64,000 nucleotides of DNA from Prochlorococcaceae cyanobacterium (GCA_049317465.1 JBMOIF010000001.1:20158-84157); one strand, 5' to 3'. Shown: positions 7,557 to 18,141, counted from the stretch's first letter. Numbers and translations are program-made. Notes: generated by a model from the letters alone, not told the origin.

Positions 7557-9966
7557 AACGCTCCACGAGCATCTGCCGCAGGCGTTCCATCACGGGATCC
7601 ACCTGGTCATCGGTGAGGGTGGCCTCCGGGTCGCGGAACCTCAGGCGCACGGCCAGGCTGCAGGAGCCATCGGGCACAGGGGTGCCTGTGTACCGATCCA
7701 GCAGCTCCACAGCCTCCAGCAGCGAGCCGCCCGCTCTGGCCAGCTGCTGAGTCACCGCCGCGGCCTCCACGTCGGTGCTGACAACGAAGGCCAGATCCCG
7801 TTCGCTGGCGGGCACAACGGGATAGGCGGCAAACGTGGGGATCAGCCGCGACGGCCGCGTGGCGGCCTTGAGCAGGGGCTCGACCGCCAGATCGAAGACA
7901 TGGGTCACGCCGTCCAGGTCGAGCCGTTCAGCCTCCGCCGGGTGCAGAGCGCCGAATCGACCCACCTGCCGCCCTTCGAGGATCAAGCCGGCTGCCCTTC
8001 CGGGATGCAGCAGCGGGTCATCGGCCAGACGGCGGTCCTGCAGGCACAGGCCGACCTCCGCCAGGGCGGCGGCCAGGACGCCCCTGGCCTGCCAGTAATC
8101 GGGCTGCCGACCCTGGCCGTTGCTGGTCCAGCGTTCCGAGCGCCGATCCCCGGTCAGCACGCCGGCCAGGCGCAGCTCCTGGCGGGGACCATCGGGGGTC
8201 TGCACGAAGCAGTGGCCGATCTCGAAGCCCCAGAAGCCCGGCCGGCTGGCCTGGCGGTTGCGCAGGGCAGCCTGCAGCAGGGCCGGCAACAGCTCCTGGC
8301 GCAGGCCGCTGGTCTCGGCCAGCAGCGGGTTGTGCAGGCACACCTGATCGTGGCGCTCCCCGTCGGTGGGCACCAACGACAGATGACACAGTTCCTGCAG
8401 GCCCTGGCTCCGCAGTCCGGCCCGAAGCCGACGCAGCACCATCTGGGTGGGCTCCAGCCCCCCGGGTTCGACGGGGTCGGGCAGGTGCAGGCCGAAGCGG
8501 TCGTAACCGATCAGTCGGGCCACCTCCTCGATCAGATCCACCTCGCGCTGAAGGTCCTGGGCCCGCGACGGTGGTGGCGTCACGTGCCAGCCGTCCTCGT
8601 CGGCGCTGACGTCACAGCCGAGGCGCTCGAGGGTGGCCACCACGGTGTCATCCGGGATCGCGGCGAAGGCATCGTCCTCGCTCGGGAGCGGTCCCAGCAG
8701 CCGATCGAGGGCCCCACGGCGCAGGGTCACGGCTGATGGTGTGGCCGGCGCATGACCGCTCCAGTGGCGCTCCAGCACCCTGGCGCCACAGATCTCCTGC
8801 AGCAGGGCCACGGCCCGGTCGGCTGCCGCAAGGGTGGCCGCAGCGGCGACGCCGCGCTCGAACCGGGCCGATGCCTCGGTGCGCAGGCCAATGCCCCGGG
8901 CGCTGCGGCGCACGGTGGCGGCGGGGAACACTGCCGCCTCCAGCACCACCTCCGTGGTGCTCGCGTTCACGGCCGAGCCGAGGCCACCGATCACCCCCGC
9001 CAGGGCCACCGGCTCGTCACCGTGGGTGATGACCAATTGCTCAGGGCCGATCGCCCGCAGCTGCTCATCCAGGGTCTGGAGCGTTTCGCCGTCCCTGCCG
9101 ACCCTGACGCCGAAGCCACGACCGTCCCCCACCGGCAGGCGCTGACGGTCATAGGCATGCAGGGGTTGGCCGGTCTCGAGCATCACCAGGTTGGTGATGT
9201 CGACCACGGTGTTGATGCTGCGGACGCCGGCCGCTTCCAGCCGCCGCTGCAGCCAGCCCGGTGAGGGCGCGACGGTCACAGCCTGAAGGTGGGTGAGGGC
9301 GATCCCCACCCCATCGGGTGGGGGGTCGGCCAGGGCCTCACCGACGCTGACCGGCCCGGGGGGAACGGCCGGTGGGGTCGGCAGCACCGATTCCAGGGCG
9401 GCCACCTCACGGGCGATGCCCAGCATGGACAGGCCGTCGGGCCTGTTGGCCGTGATGGCGAGTTCCAGGATGCGATCGTCGAGGCCCAGCAGGGGGCCCA
9501 CGGGCTCGCCTGGCGCAGGCAGCCCGACGCCGGCGCCGGCGGCGACCGCCGCCAGATCCACCAGCCCGCTCGACTCGCTCGCCAGTCCCAGCTCGGCGAG
9601 GGAACAGAGCATGCCGTGGCTGTCGACACCCCGCAGGGTGGCGGGCTTGATCGTCAGATCAACGCTCGGCAGGTGGCTGCCCACCAGGGCGACCGCCACC
9701 GTCATGTCCTGGCGCACGTTCGGAGCCCCGCAGACGATCTGCAGCGGATCAGCGGCGCCGACATCCACCCGGCAGACGCTGAGGCGGTCGGCCGCCGGAT
9801 GGGGGTCCCGCGTCAGCACCGTGCCCACCACCACTCCGCGGGCCCTGGCCTCCAGATCCTCATCGGCCTCGACCTCGAAGCCGGCCAGGGAGAGACGTTC
9901 CGCCAGCTCCTCCGGAGCGCTGTGAAAGGGCACCAGCTCGCGGAGCCAGCGCAGCGAGACCCGCAT
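7534..9966 (-). CDS. pheT: Phenylalanine--tRNA ligase beta subunit
   Basis: [14 protein letters not shown]..., tRNA-binding domain ([25 protein letters not shown]), B3/4 and B5 domains, and C-terminal FDX-ACB-like domain. ATG at 9966 chosen within ORF 7534..9999. Confidence 0.95.
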   Translation of the reverse strand: MRVSLRWLRELVPFHSAPEELAERLSLAGFEVEADEDLEARARGVVVGTVLTRDPHPAADRLSVCRVDVGAADPLQIVCGAPNVRQDMTVAVALVGSHLPSVDLTIKPATLRGVDSHGMLCSLAELGLASESSGLVDLAAVAAGAGVGLPAPGEPVGPLLGLDDRILELAITANRPDGLSMLGIAREVAALESVLPTPPAVPPGPVSVGEALADPPPDGVGIALTHLQAVTVAPSPGWLQRRLEAAGVRSINTVVDITNLVMLETGQPLHAYDRQRLPVGDGRGFGVRVGRDGETLQTLDEQLRAIGPEQLVITHGDEPVALAGVIGGLGSAVNASTTEVVLEAAVFPAATVRRSARGIGLRTEASARFERGVAAAATLAAADRAVALLQEICGARVLERHWSGHAPATPSAVTLRRGALDRLLGPLPSEDDAFAAIPDDTVVATLERLGCDVSADEDGWHVTPPPSRAQDLQREVDLIEEVARLIGYDRFGLHLPDPVEPGGLEPTQMVLRRLRAGLRSQGLQELCHLSLVPTDGERHDQVCLHNPLLAETSGLRQELLPALLQAALRNRQASRPGFWGFEIGHCFVQTPDGPRQELRLAGVLTGDRRSERWTSNGQGRQPDYWQARGVLAAALAEVGLCLQDRRLADDPLLHPGRAAGLILEGRQVGRFGALHPAEAERLDLDGVTHVFDLAVEPLLKAATRPSRLIPTFAAYPVVPASERDLAFVVSTDVEAAAVTQQLARAGGSLLEAVELLDRYTGTPVPDGSCSLAVRLRFRDPEATLTDDQVDPVMERLRQMLVERFSADLRS

Positions 9967-9980
9967 CGGACCGCCTGAAG

Positions 9981-10009
9981 TTGGGCGGATCCTACCCATC
10001 GGCTATAGT
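9981..10009 (+). promoter_or_regulatory. Candidate sigma-70 promoter for rpmG-rpsR
   Basis: TTGGGC (9981-9986), 17-nt spacer, TATAGT (10004-10009). It lies 44 nt upstream of the rpmG ATG. Confidence 0.4.
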
Positions 10010-10052
10010 CGAGGATTGTCACACCGCCAATCAGAAGCGGCGCAACGTCCTT

Positions 10053-10247
10053 ATGGCCAAGAACAAGGGCGTCCGGATCGTGATCACTCTCGAGTGCACC
10101 GAATGCCGGTCCAATCCCGCCAAGCGCAGTCCCGGGGTGTCCCGATACACCACCGAGAAGAACCGTCGCAACACGACGGAGCGTCTGGAGATTAAGAAGT
10201 TCTGCCCCCATTGCAACAAGTCGACCAACCACAAAGAAATCAAGTGA
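10053..10247 (+). CDS. rpmG: 50S ribosomal protein L33
   Basis: [64 protein letters not shown], the typical Cys4 L33. Confidence 0.95.
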   Translation: MAKNKGVRIVITLECTECRSNPAKRSPGVSRYTTEKNRRNTTERLEIKKFCPHCNKSTNHKEIK

Positions 10248-10251
10248 GATC

Positions 10252-10275
10252 GACGGGTCACGCCTGACCCCCGTC
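10252..10275 (+). other. Stem-loop between rpmG and rpsR
   Basis: GACGGGTCA-cgcc-TGACCCCCGTC forms 9 bp with a 2-nt bulge and is followed by TCGCTCCTTTCTGG. It starts 5 nt after the rpmG stop. Confidence 0.3.
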
Positions 10276-10351
10276 TCGCTCCTTTCTGGTCCGATGTCGC
10301 CTTGTTCATTTCCTTCGTCTCCCATTCCGTTCCCGTCGTCGTTTCGTCCCC

Positions 10352-10573
10352 ATGACCAGTTCCTTCTTCAAGAAGCGCCTTTCGCCGATCAAGCCTGGTG
10401 ATCCCATTGATTACAAGGACATTGATCTCCTCAAGAAGTTCATCACCGAACGCGGCAAGCTTCTGCCCCGGCGCATGACCGGTCTCACCGCGAAACAGCA
10501 GCGTGATCTCACCCTGTCGGTGAAGCGGGCCCGCATCATGGCCCTGCTGCCGTTCGTGAACCCCGAAGGCTGA
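10352..10573 (+). CDS. rpsR: 30S ribosomal protein S18
   Basis: [49 protein letters not shown] is a canonical S18 sequence. Confidence 0.95.
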   Translation: MTSSFFKKRLSPIKPGDPIDYKDIDLLKKFITERGKLLPRRMTGLTAKQQRDLTLSVKRARIMALLPFVNPEG

Positions 10574-10674
10574 GGCCTCCCCTGGGCGAACGCGTCCTGT
10601 CCCGATCGGGTGATCCCTGCCCTGGGGATCTTGTCGGTCTCACACCCCCTGACCAACCACCACGTCTTGCGCTG

Positions 10675-12627
10675 GTGGTCGAGATCAAGCGGGGGCGCGC
10701 TGTCCTGCGCCAAAGCGACGACCGCAGCGGTCAGGAACGTCTCGTTCCCCTGCGGGACCTGTGGCCCCTGCTTGTGCACCCCGCCCGTCCGGACGCTCTC
10801 CTGGCGTGTGGACCCCTCGCGCCACCCCTGCTGGCGATGGCCTGGCAGGCCGCTGATCGCTCCCCGGCAGGAACCAGCTGGTCGCTGCATCAGCTGGTCC
10901 GTCTCCTGTACCGCGATCCGACTCCCGAGCAGGGTCTGGCCCTGTGGCTGGCCCTGGCCGGCCCCCAGGATCTCTTCCGGCTGCGGCGCGATGGCATCAC
11001 CCTCCGCAGCGCTGCCGACCTGAAGCTGCTGCGGCAGCAGCGGCGGCACGAGCGTCGCCGCCGGCAGGGTCGCGACGATTTTCTGCAGGCGGTGCGGTTG
11101 CGGCAACCCTGGGCTCCACCTGGTGAGGGCCGCGAAGCCCAGGAGCTCGGCCGCCTGCACGACCTCACCTGCCGGGGGGAAGGTCTCCCCCTCTGGCCCG
11201 ACTGTCCCGACGACCTGCGCATCGCCCTCGGCCAGGCCCGCTGCGACGGATCTCCCCAGGCCCTGCGAAGCCTGCTGGTGGACCTGGGGCACTGGGCCGC
11301 TGATCTGCCCCTGGCGCTCTCGCGCAGCGTCTGGGGGGGCGGCTTTTCGCCCGCCTGTCTCGAGGAGGCCGAGGCCCTGGTTCGCTCCGCCGACGAGGAG
11401 CGTCCCGGCGATGGGGAACGCCTCGACCTCACCGGTCTGCACAGCATCAGCATTGATGATCCGGGCACCCGCGAGATCGACGACGCCGTGGCCCTGGAGC
11501 GTGGCGACGATGGTGGCGTCGTGATCTGGGTGCATGTGGCCGATCCCCATCGGCTGATCACCCCGGGCAGTGCCATTGATGTCGAGGCCCGCCGCCGTGG
11601 CACGACCCTGTACCTCAGCGGTGGGATGCAGCCGATGCTGCCCCTGGTGCTGGGGGCAGGTCCCCTCAGCCTGTCCTCCGGTGGCCGTCGGGCGGCGGTC
11701 AGCCTGGGCCTGAGCCTCGATGGCGATGGCACCCTGCGCCAGACCCGGCTGGTGCGCAGCTGGATCCGTGTGGCCTACAGCCTCAGCTATGCCGATGCCG
11801 ATGAGCTGATCGAACTGGCCCCACCGGAGGATCCTGACCTGGCTTGCCTCGATGCCCTGCTGCGGTCGCGGCGGGAGTGGCGGGCCCGCTCCGGTGCCCT
11901 GACGATGGAACAGTCCGAGGGGCGCATCCGTCGGGGCCCGGCCGGTCCCGAGCTCGTGATCACCGAACCGGGCCCCTCCCGCTCGCTGGTGGCCGAGGCC
12001 ATGATCCTGGCGGGGGCTGCCGCCGCCGACTGGGCGATCGCCGCCGGTGTGGCGATGCCGTACCGCTGCCAGGACGGCCATGGCAGCCTCAGCCCCGAGC
12101 AGCTTCTGGCCCTGCCCGAGGGCCCCGTGCGCTGGGCGCAGCAGCGCATCGGACTGGCCCGCAGCCGTCTGCAGCCCCGCCCCGGCCCCCACCGTTCCCT
12201 CGGCCTGGGGGCCTACCTGCAGTGGACGTCGCCGATCCGTCGCTACGGCGATCTGCTCGCCCACCGCCAGTGGCTGGCTGCCAGGGGGGAGCTGGCCGTG
12301 CCGGTTCTGTCAGCCGACGAGCTGCTGCCCGAACTGGAGCAGGTGGACCGGCTGGCGCGGGAGGCGCAGCTGGTGGCCCGGGAGGATCAGCGTCTGGCCC
12401 TGCTGCAGTGGCTGGAGGCCGTGCCGCCGTCGGGCCCCGTCCCCGGTCTGCTCCTGCGCTGGCTGCGTCAGGACCATGGTCTGGGCCTGGTGCGCATCGA
12501 GGACTGGGGCATGGACCTCGCTGCCGAGGTCGATGCCGGGGCCGAGCCGGGGGATGAGCTGCAGCTGGTCGTGGCAGGGGTGAGCAGCCGCCATGACCGT
12601 CTCGATCTCAAGGCTCGACGCCGTTGA
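10675..12627 (+). CDS. Exoribonuclease, RNase II/R (RNB) family
   Basis: RNB catalytic region (SIDDPGTREIDDAVALE ... VHVADP ... GTTLYLSGGMQPMLP ... SLGLGAYLQWTSPIRRYGDLLAHRQ) plus a C-terminal S1-like region. GTG at 10675 is the first start codon in the frame. Confidence 0.85.
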   Translation: MVEIKRGRAVLRQSDDRSGQERLVPLRDLWPLLVHPARPDALLACGPLAPPLLAMAWQAADRSPAGTSWSLHQLVRLLYRDPTPEQGLALWLALAGPQDLFRLRRDGITLRSAADLKLLRQQRRHERRRRQGRDDFLQAVRLRQPWAPPGEGREAQELGRLHDLTCRGEGLPLWPDCPDDLRIALGQARCDGSPQALRSLLVDLGHWAADLPLALSRSVWGGGFSPACLEEAEALVRSADEERPGDGERLDLTGLHSISIDDPGTREIDDAVALERGDDGGVVIWVHVADPHRLITPGSAIDVEARRRGTTLYLSGGMQPMLPLVLGAGPLSLSSGGRRAAVSLGLSLDGDGTLRQTRLVRSWIRVAYSLSYADADELIELAPPEDPDLACLDALLRSRREWRARSGALTMEQSEGRIRRGPAGPELVITEPGPSRSLVAEAMILAGAAAADWAIAAGVAMPYRCQDGHGSLSPEQLLALPEGPVRWAQQRIGLARSRLQPRPGPHRSLGLGAYLQWTSPIRRYGDLLAHRQWLAARGELAVPVLSADELLPELEQVDRLAREAQLVAREDQRLALLQWLEAVPPSGPVPGLLLRWLRQDHGLGLVRIEDWGMDLAAEVDAGAEPGDELQLVVAGVSSRHDRLDLKARRR

Positions 12628-14386
12628 TCCGCCACCACGGACCCCAGGGGTTGGGACAGCCCCTGACCGTGACGCGGCGGCCCCGGTGCCGGGCCAGGCT
12701 GGCCCGCACGGACGGTTCGAGGGTGATCAGCGGCCAGCGTCGCTGACCATCCCAGCCCCACCAGCGTTCCTCCGCCTCCAGGTTCAGTTCGAGGCTGATC
12801 GTCTGCTCGCCGGGTTCCGCCGGAGCGGTCGGCAGCGCCGCCGGATCCACGGGGCGATCGTCGCCGTTGAGGGCGCTGCGTTGATGGTCCTGCCACGACG
12901 GGTCGTGCCAGGCCAGGTCAGCCTGGGGAACCACCGCCGCCGGGGCGCGGCCGTCGCTGATCAGCCGTTCCTGCAGCAGCCGCACCGGCAGCTCGGCCGG
13001 CCGCTGCCTCCTTTGCACGGCGAGGGCCGCCGCCTGACCGGCGGCCTGGCCGATGTTGAGGATCAGTGGTCCGAGGCGGGTGGCGCCGTTGGCCATGTGG
13101 GTGACGCTGATCCCCTTGTCCGCCATCAGCAGATTGTCGATGGCCGGACCGTGGAGGGCACCGAAGGGGATCACGAAGGGGGCGCCGCTCCAGCGTCCGC
13201 CCCAGGGCCTGCTGCGGCCGGCCAGGGGCCAGTCGGGGCCTGGGTAGTGGTGGTCATTGGGGTAGTTCCCCACAGCCACAGCGGTCTGGCGGTGGTCGGC
13301 CGGCTCCTGACCGGGCAACAGATCCTGTTCCCTGACCGTGACCTGGCCCTGCAGGCGGAGGCTCTCGCGCCAGTACGGCTGCAGGGCCAAGCACGCCGGT
13401 TCCCCGGGAAAGGCATCCGCAGCCACCAGCGCACCGTCACTGATGCCCGCCAGGGCCTCGAGAAAGGCCAGGCTGTGGGAGCGCATCCCCATGAACAGGG
13501 CCTGGCGGCGCGCCGGATCCTCCGAAAAGGCAGCGCCCGGGTCCTCGTGCCAGTCGTTGCCGTCGAGGGGCCAGTTGAGCATCACCAGACCTCCCGGAAG
13601 CCGGCCGTAGGCCAGCAGCCGTTCCGCCGAGTGCTGTGCCAGGGCTCCGGCAAAGGGTGGCGCCAGTGCCCCCGCTGCCGCGGGCTTGGACCCATCGCGC
13701 CAGTGGCCCAGCACCACCCACGTGGGGGACTGGACCGGTTGTCGGCTGAAGAACGGGTCGCTCAGCAGATCGGCGGCCGACGGTGCACTCGGCTCCTGCC
13801 AGTGCTCCCGCGGCTCCCAGCCCAGTCGATGCGGCACCCCACCCACCGCCAGGGCATCGCCCAGTTCCGTGCCGTCCACCAGCAGGTCGAAGCTGACCCG
13901 CAGCAGGCCGTCGGCACTTTCAAGGATTGCTGCGGTGAAGCTGGAACCGGACTGCTCCAGCTGCCGCAGCACCAGGCCGGGCCGCCAGTCGAGCAGAGGT
14001 TCAGCCGCCACCCAGCGCTGCAGCACCCGCTCTCCATCGGCTGGGCGGAACCCGAAGCAACTGACCCAGTTGTGGTCCAGGCCCTCCGGCAGGTCACGGC
14101 GCAGCTGCCGCAACAGGGCGCCCCAGAGGCCCGTCTGCCAGGCGGCGAGTTCGTTGCCGTCCGGGGCCGAGACCCCCGAGGCCGACAGCATTCCCCCCAG
14201 CCATGGTCCTGGGGTGGCCAGCAGACAGCCCACACCGCTGCGGGCGCACTGGAGGGCGGCTCCGGCACCGCCCGTGCCACCGCCGAGCACCAGCACCGGC
14301 ACCCGCAGCTCCCGGGTCGCAGCCAGCGGACGGTCAGACCCGGGGGCCTTGGGTAGGATCGGCACGATGGGCTTCACACTCACCAC
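12608..14386 (-). CDS. FAD-dependent oxidoreductase (Rossmann GGGTGG N-terminus)
   Basis: VPVLVLGGGTGGAGAALQCARSG dinucleotide-binding motif within a long non-repetitive ORF. The 5' end is ambiguous, with in-frame GTGs at 14386, 14383, 14377 and 14365. The first three overlap the divergent metG start. Confidence 0.78.
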   Translation of the reverse strand: MVSVKPIVPILPKAPGSDRPLAATRELRVPVLVLGGGTGGAGAALQCARSGVGCLLATPGPWLGGMLSASGVSAPDGNELAAWQTGLWGALLRQLRRDLPEGLDHNWVSCFGFRPADGERVLQRWVAAEPLLDWRPGLVLRQLEQSGSSFTAAILESADGLLRVSFDLLVDGTELGDALAVGGVPHRLGWEPREHWQEPSAPSAADLLSDPFFSRQPVQSPTWVVLGHWRDGSKPAAAGALAPPFAGALAQHSAERLLAYGRLPGGLVMLNWPLDGNDWHEDPGAAFSEDPARRQALFMGMRSHSLAFLEALAGISDGALVAADAFPGEPACLALQPYWRESLRLQGQVTVREQDLLPGQEPADHRQTAVAVGNYPNDHHYPGPDWPLAGRSRPWGGRWSGAPFVIPFGALHGPAIDNLLMADKGISVTHMANGATRLGPLILNIGQAAGQAAALAVQRRQRPAELPVRLLQERLISDGRAPAAVVPQADLAWHDPSWQDHQRSALNGDDRPVDPAALPTAPAEPGEQTISLELNLEAEERWWGWDGQRRWPLITLEPSVRASLARHRGRRVTVRGCPNPWGPWWRINGVEP

Positions 14387-15896
14387 ACCCCTCTACTACG
14401 TCAACGATCGGCCCCACATCGGCAGTGTCTACACGACCCTGGCCGTGGACACCCTGGCCCGCTATCGGCGACTGCGTGGCGAGTCCGTGATCTTCGTCAC
14501 CGGCTGTGATGAGCATGGCCAGAAGATTCAGCGCACCGCCGAACAGGCCGGTGTCACGCCCCAGCAGCACTGCGATCGCATCAGTTCCCTGTTCGCCGAC
14601 ACGTGGAACAAGTGGGGCATCAGCCACGACCGCTTCATCCGCACCACCGATCCTCGCCACCAGTCGATCGTCCAGCAGTTCTTCGAGCGTGTCGAGGCCA
14701 ACGGCGACATCATCGAAGGCCAGCAGCGCGGCTGGTACTGCGTCGCCTGTGAGGAATACAAGGACGATCCAGCCGGTGGTGATTGCCCGATTCATCTCCG
14801 CCCCCTCGAATGGCGGGATGAGACCAACCTGTTCTTCCGCCTCTCCCGTTACCAATCGGCGATTGAAGAGCTGATCGCACGCCCGGGTTTCATCCGCCCC
14901 GACGCCCGGCGCCGCGAGGTCGAGAACTTCGTGGCCAGTGGTCTGCGCGACTTCTCCATCTCCCGCGTGCAGTTGCCCTGGGGCATTCCGGTCCCCGGTC
15001 ATGCAGGCCACACGTTTTATGTGTGGTTCGATGCGTTGCTGGGCTACATCACCGCCCTTCTCGAAGCGGCGGATCCCGCCGAACTGTCGGTGGCCCTGGC
15101 CCGGGGATGGCCGGCACGGATTCATGTCATCGGCAAGGACATCCTCCGTTTCCATGCGGTCTACTGGCCCGCCATGTGTCTCTCGGCGGGCATCGACCCC
15201 CCCGAGGCGGTCTTCGGCCATGGCTTCCTCACCCGCGAGGGGCAGAAGATGGGCAAATCCCTCGGCAACACCCTCGACCCCGAACGGGTGCTGAGCCGAT
15301 GCGGCAGAACCCCGCTGCGCTGGTATCTCCTGCGCGACATCCGCTTCGGTGACGATGGCGACATCCAGCAGCAGAGGCTGCTGGACCTGGTCAACAACGA
15401 CCTTGCCAACACCATCGGCAACCTGCTCAACCGCACCATCGCCATGGCCCGGCGCTGGTTTGATGGGGTGCCCAGCCCTGCAGTCCCCCCGGCCCACGAC
15501 CATCCCCTGGCCGTGCAGGCGGCCCGCGCCGTGGCCATGGTCGATGCCCACTACGACCAGCTCGCCTTCGATCGGGCGGCGGCCGATGCCCTTGAACTGG
15601 CGGCGGCCGCCAACGCCTATCTCAGCGAGACCGCGCCCTGGACGGCCATCAAGTCTCCGGACCGCCGTGACGCGGTGGCCAGCGATCTCTATGCGGTGCT
15701 GGAGGCGGGGCGGCTCGTGGGGGTGCTGCTGGCACCCCTCCTGCCAGACCTCAGTGCCGATCTTCTGGGTCAGTTGGGCTGCCCGCCCCTGGAACGCTGG
15801 ACCACCGCCCTCGACTGGGGGGGGCTGGTCCCCGGCAGTCCCCTGGCCGAACCCCATCCCCTGCTGCAGCGGCTGGAGCTGGAGGAACCCCTTTGA
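14367..15896 (+). CDS. metG: Methionine--tRNA ligase
   Basis: MGFTLTTPLYYVNDRPHIGSVYTTLAVD (HIGH-type motif), a CxxC...C..H zinc knuckle region and KMGKSLGN (KMSKS). Internal ATG at 14367 of ORF 13686..15896. Confidence 0.95.
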   Translation: MGFTLTTPLYYVNDRPHIGSVYTTLAVDTLARYRRLRGESVIFVTGCDEHGQKIQRTAEQAGVTPQQHCDRISSLFADTWNKWGISHDRFIRTTDPRHQSIVQQFFERVEANGDIIEGQQRGWYCVACEEYKDDPAGGDCPIHLRPLEWRDETNLFFRLSRYQSAIEELIARPGFIRPDARRREVENFVASGLRDFSISRVQLPWGIPVPGHAGHTFYVWFDALLGYITALLEAADPAELSVALARGWPARIHVIGKDILRFHAVYWPAMCLSAGIDPPEAVFGHGFLTREGQKMGKSLGNTLDPERVLSRCGRTPLRWYLLRDIRFGDDGDIQQQRLLDLVNNDLANTIGNLLNRTIAMARRWFDGVPSPAVPPAHDHPLAVQAARAVAMVDAHYDQLAFDRAAADALELAAAANAYLSETAPWTAIKSPDRRDAVASDLYAVLEAGRLVGVLLAPLLPDLSADLLGQLGCPPLERWTTALDWGGLVPGSPLAEPHPLLQRLELEEPL

Positions 15897-17068
15897 AGCG
15901 GCTGCTGCCGTGGGGATTCGCCCTTTTGCTGTCGGGCTGCATCCCCCAGGAGCCAAGGCCGGTGCCGCCCCAGCCCTTCCAGTTCCGCCGCCTCGATCTC
16001 AGCCAGAACGATGCCCGCGGCCGTCGCCTCTGGGAACTCAACAGTCCCCGGGCCCAGTACAGCCTTGACCAGCGGCAGGCCACTGTCGAGCAACCCAGCG
16101 GTCGCCTGTTCCGCCAGGGCAAGCCGGCCTACGCCATCACCGCCCGCCAGGGAGTGGTGATCCGGGATGGTGAACAGGTGCAGCTCAATGGCGGCGTCAG
16201 CCTGCGCACGCTGGACCAGCGACGGGTCCTGATCCGCGCCGAGCAGGCCGTCTGGCGACCCGGTTCCCACACCATCGACCTCCTCGGCAAACCTGTGGCC
16301 GAGGAGGGCCGCCAGCGCCTCACGGCCGGCTCCGCCCGCTTTCACACCGCGGATGAACGTCTTGAGCTCACCGGCCAGCCACGGCTTCGCATCTGGGATC
16401 AGGCCCCCCCCGGCCAGGGGCCGGCCACGGTGGACGTCGCGATCCAGAACGGCGCCTGGAACACCGCCAGTGGCCAGCTCACGGCCGCCGGTCCGGTCAC
16501 AGGGCTTCAGCGCCGGGGCCAGGGCCGTCCGGATCGTCAGCTCACGGCCTCAGCCCTTGATGGCAACACCCGGGAGGAGTGGCTGGATCTTCTCGCTCCG
16601 GTGACGATGAATGACCCGGCGGAGCAGTCGAGCCTTCAGGCCGAACGCAGCCGCTGGTGGTACCGACAGAACCGATTCACCACCGCTGCCCAGGCCCGGG
16701 CGCAGGTGCGTCAGCTGTCCATGGCCGGGGCCGATGTGGAGGTGCGCCAGAACGAGCGACAGATCCGGGTCGGTCGCAGCTGCCAGGTCACCCAGCCGAA
16801 CGAGTCCCTGCGGGCCGATCGCTGCCTCTGGAACTGGGGCACCGGGGCCCTGCAGGCCGATGGCTCCGTGGAGCTGCGCCGCAGCAATCTGCGCCAGGTC
16901 ACCCGGGCCGCCACGCTGCAGGGCACGACGGACGCCCGCGGCCAGGTCACGGTGGCGGCACCCGGTCAGCGGGTGACGACGGTGCTGCAGGTTCCTCCCG
17001 CTCGCCAGACCCCTCAGGCTCCTCCCCCTCCGCCCCCCCAGGGATCGCCTCCAGCCATTGCGTTCTGA
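15893..17068 (+). CDS. LptC-like / OstA-fold lipoprotein (LPS export periplasmic component)
   Basis: Lipobox LLLSGC follows MKRLLPWGFA. Repeated LptC/OstA-like beta segments (ARQGVVIRDGEQVQLNGGVSLRT..., RADRCLWNWGTGALQADGSVELRR). Pro-rich tail. The TTG start overlaps the metG stop. Confidence 0.68.
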   Translation: MKRLLPWGFALLLSGCIPQEPRPVPPQPFQFRRLDLSQNDARGRRLWELNSPRAQYSLDQRQATVEQPSGRLFRQGKPAYAITARQGVVIRDGEQVQLNGGVSLRTLDQRRVLIRAEQAVWRPGSHTIDLLGKPVAEEGRQRLTAGSARFHTADERLELTGQPRLRIWDQAPPGQGPATVDVAIQNGAWNTASGQLTAAGPVTGLQRRGQGRPDRQLTASALDGNTREEWLDLLAPVTMNDPAEQSSLQAERSRWWYRQNRFTTAAQARAQVRQLSMAGADVEVRQNERQIRVGRSCQVTQPNESLRADRCLWNWGTGALQADGSVELRRSNLRQVTRAATLQGTTDARGQVTVAAPGQRVTTVLQVPPARQTPQAPPPPPPQGSPPAIAF

Positions 17069-17675
17069 GCCGTTCGGCCCAGCCCTCCAGCCACCGTTCA
17101 TCACTGCTGCTGAAGCAGCGGGGTGCCCAGCCTCCGAGGATTACCAGCCCCCGGCGTCCCAGGGGCTGCAACAGCACCGCAGGGACCCCCCGCGGCAGAT
17201 AGGAAAATTCGGCAGCCCCCGGGTACAGGGCCAGGTTCACCAGTCCGATCGGCCGGCCACGGCTTCGGCAGCGCTCGCTGATGGGGCCTTCCTGGAACGG
17301 GCCGGCTCCGAGGCGACCGCGTCGACACAGCACGCGACTGTCCCAGACCACGAGCAGCGAGGCTGCCGGGGTGGCCGTGAGCAGCATCGCCGTGCCCCAG
17401 GCCAGCTCCTGACGCAGGGCCCCGTCGAGGTCCGGGGCCAGCTCGAAACCCTCCGGCGCATCGAAGATCACCGGTTCCGCCCGCTGCGGTTGTGCCCGGG
17501 TCCAGAGGATGGCCACCAGCATCAGCAGCACCGCCTCAAGGCTGGCCAGCACCGAAGCCCTCTCCAGCGGAGGCGGGACCAGTGACCCCGGCGGACCCGC
17601 CAGCAGCTGGTTGACCAGCGCCAGGGTCAGCCCGAGGACTCCGAGTGCAAGAACGATGCGGGCTGGTGTGGGCAT
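16947..17675 (-). CDS. Membrane protein, probably the cofactor-assembly-of-complex-C CCB2/CCB4-like family (DUF2930)
   Basis: N-terminal TM helices (IVLALGVLGLTLALVNQLL; LEAVLLMLVAILW) followed by a soluble domain. The family call is from memory. ATG at 17675 chosen within ORF 16947..17786. The 3' end overlaps the convergent gene by 122 nt. Confidence 0.6.
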   Translation of the reverse strand: MPTPARIVLALGVLGLTLALVNQLLAGPPGSLVPPPLERASVLASLEAVLLMLVAILWTRAQPQRAEPVIFDAPEGFELAPDLDGALRQELAWGTAMLLTATPAASLLVVWDSRVLCRRGRLGAGPFQEGPISERCRSRGRPIGLVNLALYPGAAEFSYLPRGVPAVLLQPLGRRGLVILGGWAPRCFSSSDERWLEGWAERLRTQWLEAIPGGAEGEEPEGSGEREEPAAPSSPADRVPPP

Positions 17676-17682
17676 GGCTCTA

Positions 17683-18141
17683 ATGGGGTGGTGCGTCACC
17701 AGCCCCATGGACCTGCCAGTCCCTGATGCCAGCGAAGCCTTCGTCGCCATCTGCCTGGCGGCAGTGGGCAGCGACGGCCAGCTCAACCGAGCCGAGAGTC
17801 ACAGTCTGCGCCAGCAGCTCGACTGGCGGACTCCGTATCACGCCATGGCCGAGACGGAGATGGCGAGCCTCATCGATGGCCTCCTCAAGCTCTGGCGCCA
17901 GCATGGAGGGGAGGCCCTCGTGACCTGGGCGGTCCAGGGCCTCACGGCTCCTCAGCGGGAGACGGCCCTGGCCGTGGCCCTTGAGCTGCTCGCCGCCGAC
18001 CGCCGGCTCCATCCCGACGAACATCGTTTCATCGACAGCCTCACCGCCGCCATGGGTCTGCCTCCGGAGCGGACAGCAGCCATCGTCGAGGTGATGGGTC
18101 TGCTTCATAGGGATGCCCTGGCCCCTGGCCCTGCGGCCTGA
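17683..18141 (+). CDS. TerB-like (tellurite-resistance TerB fold) protein
   Basis: EAFVAICLAAVGSDGQLNRAESHSLRQQL ... ALAVALELLAADRRLHPDEHRFIDSL has the pattern of paired TerB-type helices. An alternative start is ATG 17707. Confidence 0.55.
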   Translation: MGWCVTSPMDLPVPDASEAFVAICLAAVGSDGQLNRAESHSLRQQLDWRTPYHAMAETEMASLIDGLLKLWRQHGGEALVTWAVQGLTAPQRETALAVALELLAADRRLHPDEHRFIDSLTAAMGLPPERTAAIVEVMGLLHRDALAPGPAA

